Shown here one piece after another: positions 1 to 11,556 of a stretch of DNA of 55,232 bases. The stretch is from a virus. Its lineage: Duplodnaviria > Caudoviricetes. The DNA is taken from positions 1-55,232 of IMG/VR virus record IMGVR_UViG_3300021963_000158; one strand, given 5' to 3'. Within the stretch, counting starts at the first letter, position 1. Every line of letters starts with the position of its first letter. The notes under the pieces were generated by a model that was given only the letters and a program-made list of their open reading frames with translations, ran no database searches and was not told the origin of the DNA. A program made the translations under genes and the position numbers.

Positions 1-936
1 TAGTTCTTCTAGCTTGCCCAACATCTTGTTACTTAGATCTGGTTCATACAGCACAACAGGCCATCTCTGTAGGGCGTCAGCGTAGTCTAGCACACTTGCA
101 ATATTGTCTGTGCTTAATACTGTTGTTGGATTGATCTTGGTTTCTCTATTAGTTAATAGATTATAAAATCTAGGACCGTACTCAGAAATCAATGCTGTGG
201 CCAAATCCGAATCTACAGTATATCCAAGAATGGGTGCGGCATCCACTAGTGTTAATAAGTTAGTTAAATCAAGCCCACCCAATCTAGTTTGTACATAGTC
301 TAACAAAGTTTGTGGTGCATTTCTAATAGATAACTGATCTCCGTTGACAAATAACTCAATAGCATAATTAGTACGCTCAACTTCGGTGACAAGATTCATC
401 AACCCATTGACCTCATCACCAATTTCAAACTTGTTGGCCTGCGACCAAGTATGAATCCAACTTAGATTATATTCCGTTAACCCAATGCTCCATACTTTCT
501 TTTCTTTATCCCAATTTGCAGACCCTTGACTTTCTTTGGTGAAGGATCTGATGCTGGCAATTAAATCGTTGTCAAAAGGAAACTTTAATACTAACTTGTC
601 GTTTTCTACGTCTAGTCTACGACTATAATCCATTTTGCGTAAAGCCGTGCGCCAATTGGGTTTCTTTACCGGTTCCACACTTACACCTTTGTGTGCAAGT
701 TGGCGTTCGTATTTTAATATAATTTTTAAAGCTAAATCACCCTGACGTTCAGTTAATGCTAAGTTAGAAGTCACAGTATCTGTCATGCTTTCTAAAACCT
801 TAACATCATATCTGGCCAAATTAATAATTGGATTAAAAGAGAATATCCCCCATACGGATATTAGCTTTCCGGTGTCAAATTCTCGTACACCGGCAATCAC
901 TTCAATATAGTCTTCTACGTAGGTAAACTGTTTCAT
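1..936 (-). CDS. hypothetical phage protein, 3' end truncated by window edge (MKQFTYVEDYIEVIAG...)
   Basis: ATG at 936 read manually, frame appears open toward position 1; -10 box TATACT 6 nt upstream. Confidence 0.75.
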   Translation of the reverse strand, partial: MKQFTYVEDYIEVIAGVREFDTGKLISVWGIFSFNPIINLARYDVKVLESMTDTVTSNLALTERQGDLALKIILKYERQLAHKGVSVEPVKKPNWRTALRKMDYSRRLDVENDKLVLKFPFDNDLIASIRSFTKESQGSANWDKEKKVWSIGLTEYNLSWIHTWSQANKFEIGDEVNGLMNLVTEVERTNYAIELFVNGDQLSIRNAPQTLLDYVQTRLGGLDLTNLLTLVDAAPILGYTVDSDLATALISEYGPRFYNLLTNRETKINPTTVLSTDNIASVLDYADALQRWPVVLYEPDLSNKMLGKLEEL

Positions 937-942
937 ATTAGT

Positions 943-970
943 AGTATAGCACACTTCTAAAAAAAAGCAA
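943..970 (-). promoter_or_regulatory. sigma70-type promoter TTGCTT-16-TATACT with extended -10; leaderless transcript
   Basis: motif match. Confidence 0.55.
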
Positions 971-974
971 ATAA

Positions 975-1008
975 AAAAAAACTCTGTATGTTGCCATACA
1001 GAGTTTAA
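975..1008 (-). terminator. intrinsic terminator
   Basis: AAACTCTGTATG-GCAA-CATACAGAGTTT hairpin followed by long U tract. Confidence 0.8.
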
Positions 1009-1102
1009 AAACTGCAATTCAGGAGCGAGAGAGCGAACTGCAGGGAAACAACTTTATCGGAAGAGGGCTTATTGACATTGCCTCTTACGCACACCGCAGG
1101 GG

Positions 1103-2128
1103 TTATGCTTTCATGCAAGTAACCTGTGCCATTGCCTTCCATTTAAGTGGGAAGCTCTTACGTAAGTCCGCAATCTTAATTGCCATACGCAAGCTCACCT
1201 CGCGCATTTTGTTTTTGTTTAGGTCCAAGAACTCCACAATCTCGTCCTTGACACAATCCTCAAAATTGTAGTCACTAAACAACTCGCCATCTTTGGCAAT
1301 TTGCTTGATACGGAGCACCTTGTCACGCATAGTGTCAAGTGTCAAATCCAAATAGTGGCAACGACTTTGGAGAGCGTCCAAGTGGTCCCGCAATTTCTGT
1401 GACTTCATTGTGTCAAACTTTAAGTTTGTAATGAAGATAACAGAACCATGGAACTCAAATTGGTCTGGCACGCCTTCACGACGCAACATGTGGCTGTCAG
1501 ACAACCAACTAATTTTACGCTTCTTGCCAGAATCCAGGGCACCTTTAAGCAAGTTTAAAGACACGTCATCTAACAAGATGCTGTCACAGTCGTCAAAAAC
1601 CAAAACACAATTCTCATCACTGTATTTGTACAGTTGGCAATAGAGACCTAGCGCAGAAGTAGAGCCTTTGATAACCTCTGCACGAAGCTTCTTACCTGAA
1701 ATCTGGTCAAAAAGTGTAGCCTTCTCAACAATGCGCTCTACACCAAAACTCTTACCAACGCCAGGTGGGCCACTGACAATCATAGCACGGATGTCACCGT
1801 TGGTAGCGGCAGTGGTCATCTCGTCTAGGATAGAGAAACGCTCACGAATACGCTCAATAATCTCTTCATCTGTCTCAACAGATTTAAATTGCACATCTTT
1901 AACTTCTGCTACCATATGGTCTCCTTCGGACACAAATTCGTAGGCGGCAACGCCATCTACTTTGACACGGATGTTATCAGGGAAGCCAGGAAATGCGCCA
2001 CCATTTTTAACTGTTACATAGCCACCTTTGCTGGTAGTCTTATATTGTTCTACTAATTGGAACACTTGACCAGATACGTCTGTAGTGCGATAAACACCAG
2101 ACTTAATACGAACAAATGCATTACTCAT
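1103..2128 (-). CDS. AAA+ family ATPase
   Basis: Walker A GPPGVGKS, Walker B LVFDDCD, sensor FITN, Arg finger SRC; SD AGGAG. Confidence 0.85.
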   Translation of the reverse strand: MSNAFVRIKSGVYRTTDVSGQVFQLVEQYKTTSKGGYVTVKNGGAFPGFPDNIRVKVDGVAAYEFVSEGDHMVAEVKDVQFKSVETDEEIIERIRERFSILDEMTTAATNGDIRAMIVSGPPGVGKSFGVERIVEKATLFDQISGKKLRAEVIKGSTSALGLYCQLYKYSDENCVLVFDDCDSILLDDVSLNLLKGALDSGKKRKISWLSDSHMLRREGVPDQFEFHGSVIFITNLKFDTMKSQKLRDHLDALQSRCHYLDLTLDTMRDKVLRIKQIAKDGELFSDYNFEDCVKDEIVEFLDLNKNKMREVSLRMAIKIADLRKSFPLKWKAMAQVTCMKA

Positions 2129-2159
2129 TTACAGCTCCTTTTTTAGTTTCAATACATGT

Positions 2160-2188
2160 ATTGTATAGCATACTGAATTATGGGTCAA
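2160..2188 (-). promoter_or_regulatory. early sigma70-type promoter TTGACC-17-TACAAT
   Basis: motif match. Confidence 0.75.
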
Positions 2189-2204
2189 CCAAAATCAGCG
2201 TTTT

Positions 2205-2357
2205 TTACAAAAAATCTGCAGTTTTGTCTGTTGTTTTTTCGCTACAATCCAACACTTCATAGACCCATGACATGGGGACTTCTAAAATAGCTGAGATGGA
2301 CAACGGGGAAAATCCGCTATTGTACATTTCCTCAATCTCAATTGCAAGATCTGACAT
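2205..2357 (-). CDS. small hypothetical protein, 50 aa (MSDLAIEIEEMYNSGFSP...), not in ORF track
   Basis: manual translation; SD AAGGAG; own promoter. Confidence 0.7.
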   Translation of the reverse strand: MSDLAIEIEEMYNSGFSPLSISAILEVPMSWVYEVLDCSEKTTDKTADFL

Positions 2358-2386
2358 CTAGACTCCTTTTTAACTACAATACAAGT

Positions 2387-2415
2387 ATTATAGCACAGGA
2401 GCCTTTATTGGTCAA
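2387..2415 (-). promoter_or_regulatory. early sigma70-type promoter TTGACC-17-TATAAT
   Basis: near-consensus with TG extension. Confidence 0.8.
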
Positions 2416-2631
2416 TTAAGAATTCACCGTTAAAAATGGGCTCAAATCCTCGTTGTTTTTATGCAACACAAAAGTAGTACTTTTTGTTACTCTAATTCCT
2501 GCTGAATTTTTAAGCATGTTTTCTGCCTGTGCTTCCGTTAAGAAGTCCTCATCCCGTGGAAACGCCTGGTCCCACTCTGTGGCATCAATAAAGTATTCTG
2601 GATCTTCTGTGATAAATGCAAAACGGCTCAT
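2416..2631 (-). CDS. hypothetical protein
   Basis: 71 aa ORF, SD AGGAG, own promoter. Confidence 0.7.
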   Translation of the reverse strand: MSRFAFITEDPEYFIDATEWDQAFPRDEDFLTEAQAENMLKNSAGIRVTKSTTFVLHKNNEDLSPFLTVNS

Positions 2632-2655
2632 TGTTACTCCTGTTATTGAAATACA

Positions 2656-2684
2656 AGTATAACAGCAATGTCTTTATTGGTCAA
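2656..2684 (-). promoter_or_regulatory. early sigma70-type promoter TTGACC-17-TATACT
   Basis: motif match. Confidence 0.75.
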
Positions 2685-2685
2685 G

Positions 2686-2710
2686 AGAAAGCCCACGTTG
2701 GGTGGGCTTA
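2686..2710 (-). terminator. intrinsic terminator after pstS
   Basis: AAGCCCAC...GTGGGCTTT hairpin. Confidence 0.65.
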
Positions 2711-2758
2711 CTGCTGACTACTTATCACACTATACGCCGTCAGCAGGCGAGTATTATT

Positions 2759-3760
2759 TTACTTAATCTGTGTCCAAACACGTTCACGTATCTGCTTTGT
2801 CAAACTGTCTGGCAATGCCACATAGTCTAAGTCTGCGGCATCTTTCTTGCCATTCTTGAATGCCCAGTCAAAGAACTTTAACACTTCATCATTAGTGGCT
2901 TTGTTCTTGGACTCTTTGTACATGATAATAAAACTTGCTGAACTTACTGGCCAAGCATTAGGATTCTTTTGATCCACAATACTCAATCCCATACCAGGAA
3001 CACTAAACCAATCAGCACCATCTGCGGCGGCAGCAAATGTTAAGTCATCCGGACTAACATACCGGCCTGACTTGTTCTGTAACTGTAGGAATATCATATT
3101 GTTTTTCTTAACATAAGCATACTCTACATAACCAATTGAACCTTTGATTCTGTTAACGTTGGCTGCAACACCTTCATTGCCTTTGCCACCTACACTATTT
3201 GGTGAAGGCCATTTAACTGCGGCACCACGACCTACTTTAGCTAGCCAATCTGGACTCACTGTGGCAAGATAGTCTGTCCAGTTGAATGTTGTGCCCGAAC
3301 CATCAGCACGATGCACAACGGTAATTGCTTCATTAGGTAGATTCTTACCTGGATTCAATGCCACTAACTTAGGATCATTCCATTTAGCAATAGTACCCAT
3401 GAATACTTCGGCCATCACAGGTCCTGTAATCTTTAGTTCTCCTGGCTTGATACCGTCTAAGTTAACCACAGGGACAGTTCCGCCTATGATAGCAGGGAAC
3501 TGCACTTGTCCCATCTTGTCTAAGTTCTCTCCGCTTACTGGAGCATCAGTTGCACCAAAGTCAACTGTCTTTGCGTTGATTTGTCTAATACCACCCGAAC
3601 TACCAATGCTTTGATAGTTTAAACTAGTGCCGGTTGCTTTCTTGTATCCTTCAGCCCATTTAGAATAGATAGGCATTGGAAAAGTTGCGCCGGCACCTGT
3701 AATGTCTGCGTTTGCTGATACGGTTACTGCGGCTAATAAAATTGCTAATAGTTTTTTCAT
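2759..3760 (-). CDS. pstS: phosphate ABC transporter substrate-binding protein
   Basis: signal peptide; GAGATFP, GSSGG, DFGATD, RADGSGTT, GYVE motifs. Confidence 0.97.
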   Translation of the reverse strand: MKKLLAILLAAVTVSANADITGAGATFPMPIYSKWAEGYKKATGTSLNYQSIGSSGGIRQINAKTVDFGATDAPVSGENLDKMGQVQFPAIIGGTVPVVNLDGIKPGELKITGPVMAEVFMGTIAKWNDPKLVALNPGKNLPNEAITVVHRADGSGTTFNWTDYLATVSPDWLAKVGRGAAVKWPSPNSVGGKGNEGVAANVNRIKGSIGYVEYAYVKKNNMIFLQLQNKSGRYVSPDDLTFAAAADGADWFSVPGMGLSIVDQKNPNAWPVSSASFIIMYKESKNKATNDEVLKFFDWAFKNGKKDAADLDYVALPDSLTKQIRERVWTQIK

Positions 3761-3801
3761 TGAATAATTTCCTTGTTACACATTTATTTAAAGATATTTG
3801 T

Positions 3802-3819
3802 GTTACAGTTTTGTTACAA
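3802..3819 (-). promoter_or_regulatory. Pho box (PhoB site) TTGTAAC-AAAA-CTGTAAC
   Basis: two 7-mers at 11-bp spacing resembling CTGTCAT-N4-CTGTCAC, directly upstream of pstS. Confidence 0.75.
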
Positions 3820-3847
3820 AACACGTATTTCTTAAAATATTTTTGCC

Positions 3848-3874
3848 AAAAGAAAGCCCACCAAAGTGGGCTTT
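3848..3874 (-). terminator. intrinsic terminator after groEL
   Basis: AAAGCCCAC-TTTG-GTGGGCTTT plus U tract; same hairpin recurs near 10007. Confidence 0.75.
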
Positions 3875-3890
3875 ACAAATGTAAACTAAA

Positions 3891-5809
<1,919 letters not shown>

Positions 5810-5892
5810 AAACTCCTTTAGTTAATTTTAATGATTTGTACGTATTGTACACTTGAAAATGCCAGTATGTCAACACCACTGGCAAAATTTAT

Positions 5893-6711
5893 TTAGTCAA
5901 TGACTAATTCTGTTTTTGGGTTTTGTGCATCACGTTCCAACCAAGATCCCACAAATTGTAGCAATTCTGGGCTATGCTCAATTAGTTTCCCAAGCATGTA
6001 TTCGTAGATATCCATTCGGTTACTACGTATAACTGCGGCCAATGTGTGATGCCATTTGTATCCATTCCATCCCCGGTAATCAATGCGTGTATAAAAATAA
6101 TCCATGTCCGCATCAGTCATTAAGTTAAACACATTCCACAGTCCATGGAATCCAAAACTTGGTTTGTGGACGCCCAACTCATAGCTAAATTTACGTGCAA
6201 GTTCTGTGGGTGCGTATTTGATACCGTATTCTGTTTCTAAGTAAGGACGTTTTTTAACTCCAATGACTCCATCTTCGGCCACTGTGGGATTTTCAAAATC
6301 TAGTTTAATAGATTCATCAAGGCAAGCATCTAGCAATCGTTTACTACGAAGACTAAATCCACCATTACCAATATTAGTTCCTTCTTTTTCCCAGGGCCAT
6401 ACTGCACCAATATAATCATAATCCAGGAATTCGTCTTGCCAACTTTCTTTGTTTAGTGCCATTCCGTCCCATTGGACATACAATGCATGGGCTGTGTTGA
6501 CATGTTCAGCAACCCCTTTTAACATAATGTGATTTAGTTCTCTCATGTCTGTACTGGCATCACGGATAATATGTCTTGCACCAGAAATAATTTCTCGATC
6601 ACTGATGATAACAATCTCTTTTGGCTCGATGTTTTTCAAAGTCTGTTCAATGGCATATTTTGTTAAATCGTGCCATACAAAATCGATTGCAACTAATGTA
6701 ATATCTTTCAT
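5893..6711 (-). CDS. DUF5672-like putative glycosyltransferase
   Basis: VQWDG, YDYIGAVW, GNGGFSLRSK, FGFHG motifs. Confidence 0.75.
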   Translation of the reverse strand: MKDITLVAIDFVWHDLTKYAIEQTLKNIEPKEIVIISDREIISGARHIIRDASTDMRELNHIMLKGVAEHVNTAHALYVQWDGMALNKESWQDEFLDYDYIGAVWPWEKEGTNIGNGGFSLRSKRLLDACLDESIKLDFENPTVAEDGVIGVKKRPYLETEYGIKYAPTELARKFSYELGVHKPSFGFHGLWNVFNLMTDADMDYFYTRIDYRGWNGYKWHHTLAAVIRSNRMDIYEYMLGKLIEHSPELLQFVGSWLERDAQNPKTELVID

Positions 6712-6720
6712 AAATTTCTC

Positions 6721-7632
6721 TTAGGTTAAATGTGTTAAAATTGTGTTAGCAATTAGGTCTGTATCCCAATTACTGGTACATGGATATGTAGATTTTTTAC
6801 AATCTATGAAACGTATAGGACGTTGCTGTACATCATTGCATCCACGACAGTCTTCCTGCGTTTGTATTGCTGTAAACTCAGCGTCAACTCTGTAAGGTTG
6901 AATAACTTCCGGGCGCAGATGTGTAAACAATCCCACTATAGGAGTTTTACTTGCACTTGCACACCAATACGGACCTGAGTCAATGCCAACAAAACATTGT
7001 GCATGATCACAGAGATACTTTAATTGCTGACTATTATACTTTGTTCTAGCGTCAACAAACAACGGATGATCTTCAATGTAAAAATCAGTTGCTCCACCAA
7101 CGCATACAATTTTAAAGTCGGCACGTTGTGTAAACAATTTGGTATAAACATCTAGCCAGGTTTGAATACTGATATTCTTGGCGGCCCAGTGCCAGTTACG
7201 CATATGGACAACAATAAACTTATCAATTTGATTAGCATCCAAATCGTTGATAACTTGCTTTCGATCATCCTCGCTAGGAAACAGTTCGACACTACGATCC
7301 ATGTCTGTTGTACCAAACGCACGATAAAAATAATTGTCTACATAGTTCTGTGTGGGATTAATTTCGTAGGCATCATCTAGATCAATGTAAATCTGATACT
7401 GTTGATCAACACGAGATAATGTGTCCACAGGGATGATATGCCTGATATGTGGGTTGTTACGATATACTTCAATTGCGTCTGTGGCAACATCGATGTTGGC
7501 ATTATCGCCATATCGACGTTTAAGTTCACGGACAACACCAGTGGACATAATAACATCGCCGATGGCGGCACGTCTACGCACTAGAATGTTAAATGGTTGG
7601 TCAGTCTTCAATTCGATTTCCGTTGGGACCAA
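6721..7632 (-). CDS. glycosyltransferase family 9 (heptosyltransferase-like)
   Basis: AIGDVIMST, NPHI, FVGIDSGP motifs. Confidence 0.85.
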   Translation of the reverse strand: MVPTEIELKTDQPFNILVRRRAAIGDVIMSTGVVRELKRRYGDNANIDVATDAIEVYRNNPHIRHIIPVDTLSRVDQQYQIYIDLDDAYEINPTQNYVDNYFYRAFGTTDMDRSVELFPSEDDRKQVINDLDANQIDKFIVVHMRNWHWAAKNISIQTWLDVYTKLFTQRADFKIVCVGGATDFYIEDHPLFVDARTKYNSQQLKYLCDHAQCFVGIDSGPYWCASASKTPIVGLFTHLRPEVIQPYRVDAEFTAIQTQEDCRGCNDVQQRPIRFIDCKKSTYPCTSNWDTDLIANTILTHLT

Positions 7633-8317
7633 GTAAGCCCGTTAATCCAACCCGTGGAATTTCTGTTACAAGATTTTTAGGCAAATAAGCAAACAACATG
7701 TGCTCAATGTCAAAATAGCCGCCAGCATGCAACCGTTCTGCCATGGCCATGAATCCGGTATTGTAACTGTTAATAACTAACTGCGTTTCATTGGCTGGCC
7801 AAGACCACAAGCGACTCATATACTGAAAGTCCATTCCACCAGTTATGTCGATGGGAAATTGACTGCGTTTACGTTCGAGCACAACAATACGTCTCGGTAC
7901 TGTGTCGTAATAAGAAGGATCAAAGTTTTCAGTTAACTGATAACGACCAGACATCTTAAACACTCTATCGTATTCTTTAATTGCACCCTGTTCAGTTAGT
8001 GTAGTTAATGCCGCAGCAAATACCATAACCTCTGTGGTATTTTTAACAATATCCCAATTGTCTGTACTGTTGTAGATTCCCTTAACTGCTTCGTTTTGTG
8101 TGAAGTCTAATACATAATTAGCGTGAAGGTATAATGTTTTTAATTGCTCTTCGGTTGGCGACATTGCGCCCGACATTTCAATAACAGCAATTTTAGCACC
8201 AGGTGCATATTTCTTAATACTGTTAATTGTATCAATGGTTTGATTTAATCGTAGATCTGTTGGGTGTACCCCAAACTTAGTGTTAAGAGCACTAGTTACA
8301 ATGAATAGTGATTTCAT
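7601..8317 (-). CDS. hypothetical protein, possibly glycosyltransferase-like
   Basis: ORF within glyco cluster; FKMSGRY, DIEH motifs. Confidence 0.6.
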   Translation of the reverse strand: MKSLFIVTSALNTKFGVHPTDLRLNQTIDTINSIKKYAPGAKIAVIEMSGAMSPTEEQLKTLYLHANYVLDFTQNEAVKGIYNSTDNWDIVKNTTEVMVFAAALTTLTEQGAIKEYDRVFKMSGRYQLTENFDPSYYDTVPRRIVVLERKRSQFPIDITGGMDFQYMSRLWSWPANETQLVINSYNTGFMAMAERLHAGGYFDIEHMLFAYLPKNLVTEIPRVGLTGLLGPNGNRIED

Positions 8318-8357
8318 AAAATTCTTATAGTTGAATTCATATTTATTTTATGGGCAG

Positions 8358-9182
8358 TTACGGCAAATATTGTCTAGCCGAAGATGCTGTTTCATGATCA
8401 ATGATGTGTTGTGTGTAACGTCTAATGCTTGTCGGGAAGTATGCGTCAATCTTAACTGTCACAAACTTACGAGGATCGTTGCGATTAAATCCAAGATTGT
8501 TTTTTATGCTGTCGTCTACATCAATGGGCAGGTCATTTAATTCATTGTGTGAAAAACTTGTAATCTTGTTTTTAACAAATTCACTGTTGCCTAGGTAGGT
8601 AAAATGCCAACCTGCATGCTCAACAACTTCTACATTGTCATCTACATATCCAAATTCAAGACTGTTTAAATTTTGTCTAGTGCGTCTTAGCTCTTCGGGA
8701 CTGGTAATCAACCCAACCCTAGAAGCCATGGTCCATACACAATAAGTTTCCCAATTGTCAATCAACATATAGTTAAACTTAAAATTAAAGTATGGCATAC
8801 GGAAGCCATAAATTTGTGCAGGATCTCTACGAATACGTGCAACTACTTCGGCACGTATGATTTCATCAACATCACCAATGATTGCAAGGTCTGCAGGATT
8901 GGCATCTACTAATCCCCGCATAATTGCATCACGTTGGAAACGCTCGTTACTCCACGGATCCTCAGCCAAGGGCATATCCTCAACTACAACATGAATAATC
9001 TTATCGTGATACTGTGCGTATCTATCCCAATTGTCCTTAAGATAAAGTGCTTTAGGTTTGTTTTGAAATGTTGTGGTAGCTTCAACAATAACAAAATGAT
9101 CCACTGCATTGTGCAATTCTTTTAATCGAATATCCAATAAGTCTAGCTCATTGTAAAATGTAAAACAGTCGTAGATTTTCAT
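8358..9182 (-). CDS. glycosyltransferase family 17 (GlcNAc-transferase-like)
   Basis: IYDCFTFYNELDLLDIR, ERFQR, DVDEI, GWHFTY. Confidence 0.85.
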   Translation of the reverse strand: MKIYDCFTFYNELDLLDIRLKELHNAVDHFVIVEATTTFQNKPKALYLKDNWDRYAQYHDKIIHVVVEDMPLAEDPWSNERFQRDAIMRGLVDANPADLAIIGDVDEIIRAEVVARIRRDPAQIYGFRMPYFNFKFNYMLIDNWETYCVWTMASRVGLITSPEELRRTRQNLNSLEFGYVDDNVEVVEHAGWHFTYLGNSEFVKNKITSFSHNELNDLPIDVDDSIKNNLGFNRNDPRKFVTVKIDAYFPTSIRRYTQHIIDHETASSARQYLP

Positions 9183-9781
9183 TGCTTAGTACACTCAAAT
9201 GTCATTGATTCTAGTTGAAGAAAGTTCGGTGGCATGCGCCAAGTAACTTCTAAATTCTTTAAGTTTTCGTCATTGCTTTCTAGCAAGCGATGTTCAGTGA
9301 TATTCACAAAGCCTGCGGCTTGCAAACAATTCGTCATAACATACTTATCATAGATAAATTGGTGTCCCCAATCTCTTACATAATTGTTGATTACAAAAAT
9401 AGGATCTGCGTACGGTGCCCACTTAATATCTCCGGTGGCCCAATTAACATAACTTGAAGACATTCCGCTGGGTTCTTTGTACATTCGAATTAGGAATTCA
9501 AAGTCCGGGCACGTCAGGCGGAATCTACCGCCGGGCTTCAATACTCGATATGTTTCGCTTAACATTACCTGCCCTTGAGCAAATGTCAAGTGCTCAATCA
9601 TGTGTTCCGAGTACACATAATCAAAGGTATTGTCCTCAAATGGAAAACGAGTAGATGCATCTAACTGATGCACCGCGGCAGTCATTGGTTGGTAATCAGT
9701 GTTTAACCAACCCTGCAATATGTTGCCACCGGCACCTAATTGTAACTTCTTAACTGCTGAGTTATTTAGATACTCTTGCAT
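9179..9781 (-). CDS. SAM-dependent methyltransferase (type 11)
   Basis: LQLGAG, FDYVYSEHMIEHL, RVLKPGG. Confidence 0.85.
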   Translation of the reverse strand: MQEYLNNSAVKKLQLGAGGNILQGWLNTDYQPMTAAVHQLDASTRFPFEDNTFDYVYSEHMIEHLTFAQGQVMLSETYRVLKPGGRFRLTCPDFEFLIRMYKEPSGMSSSYVNWATGDIKWAPYADPIFVINNYVRDWGHQFIYDKYVMTNCLQAAGFVNITEHRLLESNDENLKNLEVTWRMPPNFLQLESMTFECTKQ

Positions 9782-9783
9782 TA

Positions 9784-9969
9784 TTAATCTTGATCCTCGG
9801 CTGTGACACGTTCTCCGAGGTATTGTTTAACTGCTCGCATTAGCTTACGCTCGGTATCGTAGACAAATTCACGTGTGTCATCTTCTGTGGTCACTGCAAG
9901 AATAAAACCATTTGCGGCACGTCTAATTTCTAAATTTTCAAACATAGTATTCCTTGGATTGTTGATCAA
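9784..9969 (-). CDS. small hypothetical protein (start probably MFENLEIRR)
   Basis: ORF; AAGGA upstream of internal Met. Confidence 0.6.
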   Translation of the reverse strand: MINNPRNTMFENLEIRRAANGFILAVTTEDDTREFVYDTERKLMRAVKQYLGERVTAEDQD

Positions 9970-10003
9970 GTACTATAATAACACACACAGGAATTTTAGT
10001 CAA

Positions 10004-10027
10004 GAAAAAGCCCACCAAAGTGGGCTA
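10004..10027 (-). terminator. intrinsic terminator
   Basis: AGCCCAC-TTTG-GTGGGCT plus TTTT. Confidence 0.7.
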
Positions 10028-10039
10028 TTATTACCAAAA

Positions 10040-10468
10040 TTAAACTTGGGCTACCCCGATACCAGAATTTTTAAGGAATTCAACACCGTTATTGTCTCGG
10101 TAACTAGTTCGATAATACACACTATCAATGCCACTTTGGTAAATGAGTTTGGCGCAATCCAAGCACGGAGCATGGGTAATAAACATTGTTGCACCTAACC
10201 CACTTTCGGTGCTCTTGGCTAATTTTGCAATGGCATTGGTTTCTGCATGAAGAACTTCAGGTTTAGTTTTCAATTCATAGTCACCAGTTTTATCCCAAAT
10301 CTCATCTTCACAGTTGTTATCCCAACCTGCAGGCATACCATTATAGCCAATGCTAATAATACGATCGTCTTTGACTACAATAGCCCCAACGTGTAAACGA
10401 CGGGCCTGGCTTAGTTCAGCAAACACTTCTGCTGTATCCATGTACGCTTTGATTAATTTAACTTTCAT
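10040..10468 (-). CDS. dCMP deaminase
   Basis: GYNG, HAETNAI, PCLDC zinc motifs; start revised to MKVKL. Confidence 0.95.
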   Translation of the reverse strand: MKVKLIKAYMDTAEVFAELSQARRLHVGAIVVKDDRIISIGYNGMPAGWDNNCEDEIWDKTGDYELKTKPEVLHAETNAIAKLAKSTESGLGATMFITHAPCLDCAKLIYQSGIDSVYYRTSYRDNNGVEFLKNSGIGVAQV

Positions 10469-10475
10469 TACCAAC

Positions 10476-10685
10476 TTACGCTTTGGCTTTTTTTGCCCGG
10501 ATCTTAGTTGGTATTTCCGCCGAAGCCAATGCTGTCCTAACATCACGCATTAATGCGTCATCGTCCCAGAGCAGTTCTGTGCAACCATCCGGATATGTAG
10601 TAACAGTTAAATGACTGCCCACTGTTACTGTGGGCTCAGCTGAGACTGTGGATGCTATAGATTTTTTTGGTTTTTTAGTTGCCAT
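10476..10685 (-). CDS. hypothetical protein
   Basis: 69 aa ORF; TAAATA upstream. Confidence 0.6.
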   Translation of the reverse strand: MATKKPKKSIASTVSAEPTVTVGSHLTVTTYPDGCTELLWDDDALMRDVRTALASAEIPTKIRAKKAKA

Positions 10686-10735
10686 ATTAATACCTAGTTG
10701 AATTACAAGTATTTAAACAGAATTTGACAAAGATG

Positions 10736-11167
10736 TCAAATATTTTTATATTCGTAGTTTACAGTTTCTAAATTGTCTTGCAGTACAGTGGCACCATTCT
10801 TCATATGGAACTTTCGTGCCATTTCAGTCTTAGGGCTTAGAGTAACAAAACGTTTGATGTTTGGATGTCTGGTCTTAATATCTTCGACTGTTTCACGTAG
10901 TAAACGAACTCCTGCACCAGGAGCATAACTCCAGATGGTGTAGAATACCGCAGTGGTTGGATCTTCGCTGTCTCCAAGTTCATCAACTCGAGTAGGTACA
11001 CGATCTAATAGATTGACACAGACCATTGCAGTCGGTTTGACATCTACTAGCGCACTTACGAATCTATTTTTTGCTACGCGAAATTCTCTGGTAATTTCTG
11101 GGCGAACGGGGTCATCCTTGACATAGTCAAGTAATGGATCTTGAATGTTTGTAATTATTGAAAGCAT
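10736..11167 (-). CDS. GNAT-fold protein resembling malonyl-CoA decarboxylase C-terminal domain
   Basis: TAVFYTI, FVTLSP, ARKFHMKNGA motifs; start revised to MLSII. Confidence 0.6.
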   Translation of the reverse strand: MLSIITNIQDPLLDYVKDDPVRPEITREFRVAKNRFVSALVDVKPTAMVCVNLLDRVPTRVDELGDSEDPTTAVFYTIWSYAPGAGVRLLRETVEDIKTRHPNIKRFVTLSPKTEMARKFHMKNGATVLQDNLETVNYEYKNI

Positions 11168-11229
11168 GTGGCACCTACACAGTATAGTTGTATTTAACAA
11201 AATTTGAAAAAATCAACTAGTTGTGGCGC

Positions 11230-11457
11230 TTACTTGACCTTTCGCAAGTACTCCCTACCGACTTTTCCTTCTTGGATATCAAGCAATGCCGTCACTGGCG
11301 AGTGCCTGTGTTCATGACGCTCACTGTGATGGTTGAGTTGTGATTGCTCACGTGCTCTTGCAGAAGCAAGTACGACTAGATCAAATCGGTTGCCTCCGGT
11401 CATCTCAACGCATTGTTCAAGATCAATTTCGGTTCCGCGGCTTTGGCTTCTATTCAT
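11230..11457 (-). CDS. rpoZ: RNA polymerase omega subunit-like protein
   Basis: NRFDLVVLASARARE and PVTALLDIQEGKV resemble RpoZ conserved regions. Confidence 0.8.
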   Translation of the reverse strand: MNRSQSRGTEIDLEQCVEMTGGNRFDLVVLASARAREQSQLNHHSERHEHRHSPVTALLDIQEGKVGREYLRKVK

Positions 11458-11477
11458 AATGTTTCCTTTAAAAACTT

Positions 11478-11554
11478 TGGTCGGAGTACAAGGATTCGAA
11501 CCTTGGACCCCCTGGTCCCAAACCAGGTGCGCTACCAGACTGCGCTACACTCCG
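11478..11554 (-). tRNA. tRNA-Pro(TGG)
   Basis: cloverleaf, CCA encoded. Confidence 0.95.
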
Positions 11555-11556
11555 AA

